A stretch of DNA of 64,000 bases from Myxococcota bacterium. GTDB lineage: Bacteria; Myxococcota_A; UBA796; CAJQPC01. Every line of letters starts with the position of its first letter. Within the stretch, counting starts at the first letter, position 1. Location: NCBI GenBank assembly GCA_036012755.1, contig DASCPX010000070.1:96001-160000 (forward strand). The letters run 5' to 3'. The position numbers and the translations under genes are program-made. This document shows, one piece after another, positions 56,651 to 64,000 of the stretch. Under the pieces are notes generated by a model. The model saw nothing but the letters and a program-made list of their open reading frames with translations, was not told the origin of the DNA and did no database searches.

Positions 56651-57909
56651 TGAGCTGGCCAGCCTGGATCGAAGAGCTGAAGATTCGCTACCTCGCAGAC
56701 GAGAGCAACGTGTTCCTCCTCCACGGGGACGCCGTGCTCAGCGGCCGCTGGGCGGTCCCGGGCGAGATCGTCGACTGCGCCGATCTCGTTCGGCGCTTCC
56801 TCGAGCCCAGCCGCGACATCGTGGGGGTCTTCGACCCGGACCCCTCCGACGGCAAGGCCCCGCCGGACGTTCGTCGCTCGGCGATGGACTTCCGCGGGGT
56901 CGAGGACATCGGCCAGTTCCGCCGGCTCGTCGAGGTGCGCTTCACCCTGGATGGTGTGCGCGCCCGCAAGCGCATGGACACCCCGGAGGGAGCCCTCGGC
57001 CTGGTCTGGATCGCCCTGACTACCCGCGGCAAGGACCAGGGCTACATCGTGAAGAAGACCGACAAAGTCCTGAACTCGCGGCGCAAGAACCCACCCCCCT
57101 TCGACCACGGCGCGCCTCCGCTCGTGGAGTGGCCGGGCCACGCCGGCTTCGAGGGCACGAACAACGTCGTCGTGCTGCTGGCCGCGGACCTCTCCACGGT
57201 GCGGAGTGACCTCGTAGAGGCCTGCGCGAAGATCGAGGTGACGCCACACCACGCCCAGCTGGCAGAGGCCGAGTTCGCCCCGGTTGGGGACGAGCAGGCC
57301 GCGGCGACCGCTGAGATCGAAGACGCGCTCAGCCTCAAGCGGGCCCCGAAGCCGCCGCCGATGGAGGAAGCCGAGGCGGAGCTCGACAGGGCTCTAGCGG
57401 GAGAAGACGAGCTGTCGATGCGTCGAGAAGAGGAGGATCCGCCTGCCGCCGAGCCGGTCACGGAGCCGCTCCCGGACATCGTCGATCTGCTCCCGACGGA
57501 GCCCCTGCCCGAGGTCGCGCTGCCACCGCCCACTACTGCGGAGGAGATCGACCTGCCCGAGCGGGTCGACCAGGCCTTGCGAGCCACGATCCTGCGTCAC
57601 CCGGAGGGGGACTGGCCCCAGAACCTGCCGGGTCGCGAGGCGGTCGCGCTGGTGGTTCACGAGGTCGCACCAGAGCGCTGCGGTTTGCTCTCGATGGAGG
57701 TCGTGGACGAGCAGGTCGTGGCCGTTGGAGAGGGCGCCGAGTGGTTTTCGGACTGGTACAAGAAGGACATCGCCCTCGACGCCGCCTGCGGCATGGCGCT
57801 CGGCGCGCTCGAGGTCCCGGAGGGGGGCTTCACGGCCGAGAACCTGCCGGAGCTGGAGCGTCCGGCGATCAACGCTCTGGCGAGGCGGATCGGCAAGCTG
57901 CTGGGGTAG
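56650..57909 (+). CDS. Hypothetical protein resembling the non-catalytic N-terminal part of AAA ATPases
   Basis: PAWIEELKIRYL..VFLLHG N-terminus; no Walker A/B found. Confidence 0.55.
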   Translation: MSWPAWIEELKIRYLADESNVFLLHGDAVLSGRWAVPGEIVDCADLVRRFLEPSRDIVGVFDPDPSDGKAPPDVRRSAMDFRGVEDIGQFRRLVEVRFTLDGVRARKRMDTPEGALGLVWIALTTRGKDQGYIVKKTDKVLNSRRKNPPPFDHGAPPLVEWPGHAGFEGTNNVVVLLAADLSTVRSDLVEACAKIEVTPHHAQLAEAEFAPVGDEQAAATAEIEDALSLKRAPKPPPMEEAEAELDRALAGEDELSMRREEEDPPAAEPVTEPLPDIVDLLPTEPLPEVALPPPTTAEEIDLPERVDQALRATILRHPEGDWPQNLPGREAVALVVHEVAPERCGLLSMEVVDEQVVAVGEGAEWFSDWYKKDIALDAACGMALGALEVPEGGFTAENLPELERPAINALARRIGKLLG

Positions 57910-57918
57910 GCTCCGCCA

Positions 57919-59607
57919 GTGACCGACCTGACCCCGCTGTCCGGTAGACGCTACGAACTGCGCGGGCTGCTCGGTGTCGGCGGCATGGCGACGGTGTACT
58001 CGGGCTGGGACACGATGCTGCACGTCGAGCGTGCCATCAAGGTCCTGAACCCGAACCTCAACAAGAGCGCCACGATCCAGCAGCGGTTCTTGACCGAAGC
58101 GCGGACCATGGCGCGGCTGCAACACCCCCACATCGTTCAGGTCGTGGACGTCGGTGTAGACGGCGCCCGGACCTTCATGGTGATGGAGCTGCTCGAGGGG
58201 GGCTCGCTCCACGACCAGCTCCAGCGCAACGGGCCCCAGCCACCGCATGCTGCTGGCGCTGTCGCGTTGGCCATGCTCGACGCGCTGTCGGTCGCCCACG
58301 CGGCGGGCATCATCCACCGGGACATCAAGCCGCAGAACATCCTGCTCGCCCGGGACGGCAAGCCGAAGCTCGCTGACTTCGGCATCGCCCACCTCACCGA
58401 CGCGACGCGGCAGCTGACCAAGACCGGCGCGGTGATGGGGACCATCGGCTTCATGGCCCCCGAGCAGCGCATCTCCGCTCGAAAGGTCGACGGCCGGGCC
58501 GACCTCTACGCGGTCGGGACCACGCTCTACGCGAACCTGACCAGCCAGATGCCCATCGAGCTCTACGCCTCGGCCTTCGACGACGAGCTGATGCTGGGGA
58601 TCCCCCAGGCGCTCGTGCCCATCATCCAGACCGCGACTCGCTACCAGCCAGCGGAGCGCTACCTCGACGCGGCCGAGATGTCCCTGGCGCTGCGCCTCGC
58701 GCTGCAGAAGATCCCGCTGGAGGCCCCCGCCATGCTGCCGTCTCCGCCGACCTCGGGGGCGACGATGTGCGTCGACGACCTCGACGACGGCGACGATCTC
58801 GACGATCTCGACGACCCGGCGCCTGGAAGCGGTGCGGCGCTGCATGCCTCCAGCGCGGCGGAGCCGGTGGCGCTGCCGGTCGAGGCGATGGCGGACCCGC
58901 TCGGGCCCCCACTGTGGACTGGCGGCACCACGGCGGACCCCGTGCGGCCTCCTGGTGGCACGCTGGATCTCAGCGCCGGGATCGACGAGGACCCGCCTCG
59001 GCGATCGCGCGCTCCGCTGTTCCTCGGCGTGGTGGCCCTGCTCATCGGTGTCGGCGTGGCTGCGCTCGCCGCTGGGCTCTACGCCTCGTCGGTCCGCTCG
59101 GAGCCCGAGACGGTGGTGGCGGAGGTAACGCCCGGCTCGGAGGCGGAGACAGAGGCCGCGTCCAAGCCTGTGCCAGAGACGTCTGCGAAGTCGCCGACTG
59201 CCTCGAAGACGACCTCTTCCAGGACCACGACCCCCGCGCCCCCGCCAGTCGAGGAGATCGCCGACGCGGAGCCCGTGTCGAGCGCCCCGGTGAGCGCGAA
59301 CAGCCTCGACGGCATCTGGGAGGGCACCTGCGGCGGTCGTGGCCTGACGCTGGATCTGAACTTCATGGAGGGCAACATCGTGGGGGGCTCGAGCTCGCTC
59401 TACCTCGCTGGCGTCGAGATGAACGTGCCGGTCTCGGGTACCTACCGTCTCGACGGCGAGGGCAACGGGCGCATCGCCCTGACCGGAAAACGCCGCATCT
59501 CGGGGACCGTCACCCTCAAGGGCGACATCACCTCCGCCAAGAGCATGAGCGGGACCATGCTGGTCGGCCAGAGCGCGCGCGGAGGCTGGACAGCGGAGCA
59601 GCGCTGA
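57919..59607 (+). CDS. Membrane Ser/Thr protein kinase (Hanks type)
   Basis: GVGGMATVY, AIKVL, HRDIKPQN, DFG, APE; TM segment and a small extracellular domain. Confidence 0.95.
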   Translation: MTDLTPLSGRRYELRGLLGVGGMATVYSGWDTMLHVERAIKVLNPNLNKSATIQQRFLTEARTMARLQHPHIVQVVDVGVDGARTFMVMELLEGGSLHDQLQRNGPQPPHAAGAVALAMLDALSVAHAAGIIHRDIKPQNILLARDGKPKLADFGIAHLTDATRQLTKTGAVMGTIGFMAPEQRISARKVDGRADLYAVGTTLYANLTSQMPIELYASAFDDELMLGIPQALVPIIQTATRYQPAERYLDAAEMSLALRLALQKIPLEAPAMLPSPPTSGATMCVDDLDDGDDLDDLDDPAPGSGAALHASSAAEPVALPVEAMADPLGPPLWTGGTTADPVRPPGGTLDLSAGIDEDPPRRSRAPLFLGVVALLIGVGVAALAAGLYASSVRSEPETVVAEVTPGSEAETEAASKPVPETSAKSPTASKTTSSRTTTPAPPPVEEIADAEPVSSAPVSANSLDGIWEGTCGGRGLTLDLNFMEGNIVGGSSSLYLAGVEMNVPVSGTYRLDGEGNGRIALTGKRRISGTVTLKGDITSAKSMSGTMLVGQSARGGWTAEQR

Positions 59608-59619
59608 AGCGGGTACAGG

Positions 59620-61011
59620 GTGTCGGTGCTGTTGCTCGCCACCGTCGCCTGCCAGCGGACCGAGGGCACCCTCGGCATGCACTGGAGCGTCGATCCCAGC
59701 GAGGCGGTGACCGGCAAGTTCGTCGACGTCGAGCTCGAGGCGCCCGGCACGGTGGTGCTGACCTGCACCTCCCGCGACGATCCCCGAGATGTCCACGTCG
59801 TGCGCAGCGAGACCGCTCGAGAGAACCACTCGACCGGGGTCTTCGGCCTCTTGTCGTCCTCGACCTACGACTGCGTGCTCGAGGCGGATGCGGACGCGGG
59901 ACTCTGGGCTCGTGGCGAGTTCCGCACCTCCACCGGGCGCCTGCCGCGGGGCCTGGAGGAGGGCTTCGTAGAGGGAGATACCGCGGCGATGACAGGGGCT
60001 TGGACGCTGTTCAATCCCTTCGAGAATGGCAAGGCCACAGACGACCAGTGGCTGGTCGTGATCGATCCGGAAGGCGAGGTGCGCTGGTACACAGAGGTAG
60101 AGAACCAGCTCGGCAGTGTCGACGCCTCCGTCATCGACGGCGACATCCTCTATGGGGGTGGCTACGACGACCCGGGCAGCCCGCGCATCGTGACCTTGGG
60201 CCACGAGGTGCTCTACCGCGGGGACCAGCCCCTGACAGGCGGGACCTACCACCACGACGTGGAGATGACGCCCTCGGGACTCGTCGCCGGGCTCATCACG
60301 CGCGAGGGTGATGGCTACCTCGGCTTCGGGGTGGAGATCCGCGACCCGGACGACGACGGGGCGCTCGTCTGGGCCTGGGAGAGCGACGACTCGGTCTCCG
60401 ACGGCGACCTGCCCGCCCCCCGGGGCGACCTCTACCACGCCAACGCCCTGGAGATCGTGGAGGAGGACGGCGTTCCCCGCTGGGCCTACATCAACGTGCG
60501 CAACCTGGGGCGCTACATCCGCGTCGACATCGAAGAGAGCGTCATCGACTGGCAGATCACCTCGTCGGTGTGGAGCATGACGGGCGACTGGTGGTTCCTC
60601 TCCCACGAGCCGAAGCTGGAGGGTGACCGCCTGCTGGTCTACGACAACGGCGAGCGCCAGCCAAGCGCGCACTCGCGGATCGTCGAGTACGAACTCGACT
60701 TCGAGAACGAGACCGGCGAGCTCATCTGGGAGTGGACGGAGGATGCCTGGCGGGAGCCCGCCTGGGGTGGCGTCGACCGCCTGGAGGGCGGCAACGTCCT
60801 TGTGGCCATCGGACACTGCGAGGGTGCCAGCTGCGACGAGGTCCACCCCGAGAGCCGCTCGCGTATCCTGGAGGTCGACCCGGACACGGACGAGGTCGTC
60901 TGGGCCTACCGCTACACGGACGAGGACGTGGGGCTCTACCGGGCCGAGCGCATCGACGGCTGCGATCTCTTCGCCAACGCGCGCTTCTGTCCTCAACTGC
61001 TCGAGGACTGA
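59620..61011 (+). CDS. Aryl-sulfate sulfotransferase (ASST)-like lipoprotein
   Basis: VIDPEGEVRWY, YHHD, DLYHANAL, SHEP, YDNG..SRIVEY, YRAERI. Confidence 0.8.
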   Translation: MSVLLLATVACQRTEGTLGMHWSVDPSEAVTGKFVDVELEAPGTVVLTCTSRDDPRDVHVVRSETARENHSTGVFGLLSSSTYDCVLEADADAGLWARGEFRTSTGRLPRGLEEGFVEGDTAAMTGAWTLFNPFENGKATDDQWLVVIDPEGEVRWYTEVENQLGSVDASVIDGDILYGGGYDDPGSPRIVTLGHEVLYRGDQPLTGGTYHHDVEMTPSGLVAGLITREGDGYLGFGVEIRDPDDDGALVWAWESDDSVSDGDLPAPRGDLYHANALEIVEEDGVPRWAYINVRNLGRYIRVDIEESVIDWQITSSVWSMTGDWWFLSHEPKLEGDRLLVYDNGERQPSAHSRIVEYELDFENETGELIWEWTEDAWREPAWGGVDRLEGGNVLVAIGHCEGASCDEVHPESRSRILEVDPDTDEVVWAYRYTDEDVGLYRAERIDGCDLFANARFCPQLLED

Positions 61012-61049
61012 TCCGAGGGGTCATGGCGTAGGGGGCCCAATCCGATCGC

Positions 61050-62218
61050 GTGGGCGTGAACGTCACCTCCGCGTGGAAGATCTCTGCTGTCGCGGCGACG
61101 GGCTCGTCCTCGACGTCCACCAAGGCGAGGACGGCCAAGGCGAGCCGGCGCTCGGACCTGGTGCTCTTTCACCAGGGCACCTCGGCCCTGCGCAAGTCCC
61201 TGGCGAGAATACGCACCGATCTCGAGGGGATGCGGGGCTCGTCACGGACGTGGAGTACACGACCCTGACCTCCAGCGAGGAGCTGAACACCACGCCGACG
61301 TCCTACGACGGCATCTCGCCGAGCTTCTCCGGATCCTCGACCAGCAGCCCGACGGTCCTCGGCGAGTACGACGGACGCTATGGCGATGACACGCTCATCT
61401 TCAAGGTCCGGCGAAACCGGACGGTCGGCGGCAACAAGACCATCCGGATCAACGTCTACACCGCCTCCAACGGCAACAAGGTCGACACGCTGAAGTGGGC
61501 GGCCTGGGCCCCGGCAGGGACGACCGACACGGAGAAGAGCGGGCTGACGGTCTCGCTCAGCGCCGGCCAGGTGAAGAAGAATGACACCTTCACGGTGGAC
61601 GTCTTCTCCAGCGTCGGGACCGACGTCGACGAGCCCGAGCAGTTCGACGACCCGTCGTCCTGGGTCGAGAGCGCGATCAGCGACGGCTCCTTCGACGTCG
61701 ACGGCACCAGCATCGCCGTCTACGCCACCGACACGCTGCAGGACGTGGTGGACCGCATCAACTCGACGGTGAGCCACGTCTCGGTCTCCCTCGCCAACGA
61801 CCAGCTGATCTTCACTCGGGCCACGGCGGATTCCGAGGACATCGTGCTGGACAACGACGACAGCGGCGTCCTCGCCGCCATGAAGCTCGACTCGGCGGTG
61901 GCGGACCTCGGCTACGAGGGCACCGGGACCGACGAGTCACTGATCCAGGACATCGAGGACCTGGACTCGGTCAGCAATGGCACGCTGTCGATCAACGGCA
62001 CCGACATCTCCATCGACATCAGCACCATGAGCCTCGCCGACATGGTCGACGCTATCAACGACGATGTCCCGGGGGTGAAGGCCAGCCTGGATGTGGACGC
62101 AGGGGAGATCACCCTGCGCAGCCACGGCAACGTGCGGGACATCCAGATCGAGGACGACACCGGGCTCCTCTCCGCCTTCGGCATCGAGGACGGCACCACC
62201 CGCGGTGGCTACGGGTAG
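61050..62218 (+). pseudogene. FliD/flagellin-hook-IN-motif protein, frameshifted near 61240 and apparently truncated
   Basis: N-terminal frame ends at 61268. The other frame has two Flagellin_IN-like units (GSFDVDG..DTLQDVVDRINS; GTLSING..SLADMVDAINDDVPGVKAS) and no FliD_C helices before the stop. Confidence 0.55.
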
Positions 62219-62220
62219 TG

Positions 62221-63966
62221 CTAGTGCTGCATCACGTCTTCGCCAACGAGATCCGTGAAGCTGTTGCCAGATTGAGTCAACGAGGCGGTCTCGCCCAATT
62301 CGATGCCGTGACCGGCGCTGTTGCGGAAGACCGAGTCCTCGACCGTCACCGCAGCGCTCCGGGCAAAGAGCAGCGACTCTGCACAACATCCCCAAGTAGG
62401 CGCATTGTAGCTGGCCCCACCGTACTCGAAGATGACCGACCGGAAGGTAGCCTCCGTGGTCGCTCCATAGATGCCGACGGCTTCCCAGTCGCCAGCCGCG
62501 GGGCTCTCTCTTGACGAGGTGAAGGTGATCGGGGCAACGCTCCCGTCGGCGATCAGGGCCCCCTGTTCCTCGGCGCCAATCTCCAAGGCTGTGTCCTCGC
62601 CCATCTTCAAGGTCACCCCTGCGGCAATGGTGAGCGTTGGCGCGGCGCTGCCCTTCACCTGGACCCTTCCGTCCAGGCGATAAGGGGCGCCGAGAGCAGA
62701 CCAGGTCGCATCCGATGAGACGATCCCGCCCGCGACGGCAACAACATCATCCGAGTCGAAGGTGTTGGGGCTCGAGAGCGTACCGATCGCCTCTGGCGTG
62801 CCGGCCACTGCCGCGCCAGAGAGCTCGGTGAAGACGTTGTCGTGAAAGGCAGTTGCCGACCCGTCCTCATGGAAACGCACCCCATCGACACCATTGCTGA
62901 AGCTGCTGTTCGTGATCGCGACGTCGCCGTCGCGCACCAGCAGCGATGTCTCCGCACAGCAGCCGGAGTTCGGAACATTGAAGCTCTGGCCGGCATACTC
63001 AACATGGACATACTCGAACGTTGCAGCGATCGCATCGAGATTGACCAGCAGGCCTTGCCAGTCGCCTGGGCCCTGCACGGCCTTCGCAGAGCTGAACAGG
63101 ATCGGCGCCTCCGCAGTACCCACCACCATCAGGCTTCCCTGCGCCTCGTCGCCTACAGAAAGATAGGCATCCTCGGCAAAGTACATCGAAACCCCGGGGG
63201 CAATCGTCAGCGTTGGGGCACTATCGTCCTGGACCTGCACGCTCTCGAGCACCTCGTAGGGGGCGCCGAGATTGTTCCAGGTCGCATCCGATGAGACGAT
63301 CCCGCCCGCGACGGCAACAACATCATCCGAGTCGAAGGTGTTGGGGCCGGTCAGCGTGCCGACCTGAGACGCTTCGATCTGCACCGGCCACTCGGAGTGC
63401 CCGGAGAAGCTGTTGTCACTGAAGGCAACTGCACTCCCCCCATTCTTGAACAGCACCCCACTCACGTTGTCTGCGAAGATTGTGTTGCGCAGGGTGACCG
63501 CTGAGTTGTTGACGAGCAGCGCTGCCTCGGTGCAGCAGCCGTAGTCCGGCACGTTGAAGCTGGCTCCACCGTACTCGATGATGGCGTGCTCTATGGTCGC
63601 TGAGTTCGCACCCGAATGGATGACGATCGCCTTCCAGTCACCAGCGGCTGGTACGGCGGCGCTGGAAGTGAAGAGAATTGGCTCGTCCGCGGTTCCCACA
63701 GCGCTCAGGCTCCCATGCTCATCTTCAGCACCGATCACCAGCGAGCCATCCTCCCCGAACTCAACCGTAACTCCAGGGGCGATGGTAAGGGTAGCTGCTG
63801 CACTGACATTGAACTCCGACATCACCTGGTATGGCGCGACCGTACAGTCCCAAAGGGTGTCCTGGGAGACCCCCTCCTCGACGAGAATCGACCCGCCCAG
63901 TTCGCATTGGTCGTCAACTGGATCGGAGCTTGCGCCACACCCGAGGAGGGCGAAACATGTGAGCAC
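62221..63966 (-). CDS. Lipoprotein with three right-handed beta-helix/pectin-lyase-like repeats
   Basis: LLGC lipobox; three units of TLTI.PGV..GSL...GT...PILF.S...GDW..I.Y.G..CC.E; visibly more A/T-ending codons than the rest of the window. Confidence 0.8.
   Translation of the reverse strand: MLTCFALLGCGASSDPVDDQCELGGSILVEEGVSQDTLWDCTVAPYQVMSEFNVSAAATLTIAPGVTVEFGEDGSLVIGAEDEHGSLSAVGTADEPILFTSSAAVPAAGDWKAIVIHSGANSATIEHAIIEYGGASFNVPDYGCCTEAALLVNNSAVTLRNTIFADNVSGVLFKNGGSAVAFSDNSFSGHSEWPVQIEASQVGTLTGPNTFDSDDVVAVAGGIVSSDATWNNLGAPYEVLESVQVQDDSAPTLTIAPGVSMYFAEDAYLSVGDEAQGSLMVVGTAEAPILFSSAKAVQGPGDWQGLLVNLDAIAATFEYVHVEYAGQSFNVPNSGCCAETSLLVRDGDVAITNSSFSNGVDGVRFHEDGSATAFHDNVFTELSGAAVAGTPEAIGTLSSPNTFDSDDVVAVAGGIVSSDATWSALGAPYRLDGRVQVKGSAAPTLTIAAGVTLKMGEDTALEIGAEEQGALIADGSVAPITFTSSRESPAAGDWEAVGIYGATTEATFRSVIFEYGGASYNAPTWGCCAESLLFARSAAVTVEDSVFRNSAGHGIELGETASLTQSGNSFTDLVGEDVMQH
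62701..63347 (+). repeat. Exact 71-bp direct repeat (62701-62771 and 63277-63347)
   Basis: CCAGGTCGCATCCGATGAGACGATCCCGCCCGCGACGGCAACAACATCATCCGAGTCGAAGGTGTTGGGGC occurs twice, 576 bp apart, in frame. Confidence 0.9.
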
Positions 63967-64000
63967 CGTGAGGCACGTCTCGAGTACAGGATACCGATAT

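Noticed and set aside
57394..60996. Very long antisense ORFs (57394-60996, 38665-41637, 50099-52180, 36872-38899, 14337-15902 and others)
   Set aside because: Shadow ORFs caused by high GC3 on the opposite coding strand; they have no motifs, while the other strand encodes recognisable proteins.
62701..63347. Repeat pair as a diversity-generating retroelement TR/VR
   Set aside because: The copies are identical with no adenine-specific mismatches, both are inside one ORF, and no reverse transcriptase is in the window.

Overview
A very GC-rich, densely coding bacterial window with about 60 genes. The Gly/Cys-TM-polyArg (MYXO-CTERM-like) sorting tails, MopE-type Asp/Cys repeats, FG-GAP lipoproteins and a Ser/Thr kinase point to a Myxococcota-like organism (inference). 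No rRNA, tRNA, CRISPR array or transposase was seen. Main points: (1) a 1408-aa DUF4157 + ~7 annexin-like repeats + hydrophobic hairpin + ADP-ribosyltransferase-like putative polymorphic toxin with two coupled downstream genes (candidate immunity); (2) an AhpD/CMD-family selenoprotein split by the ORF caller at an in-frame TGA (CxxU), followed by a SECIS-like hairpin; (3) four tandem MYXO-CTERM paralogues coupled to an apparently exported, domain-permuted PEP-synthase-like dikinase lipoprotein; (4) an ABBA-prenyltransferase-like gene divergent from a tandem kinase/pseudokinase, beside tldD/tldE and a CPBP protease; (5) two window-wide patterns: TANNNT boxes 6-7 nt before start codons (leaderless signature) and ultra-short signal peptides without a basic n-region; (6) orphan tandem NrdR-like boxes and three genes with internal deletions. 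All family assignments come from motif recognition by eye; no searches were run.
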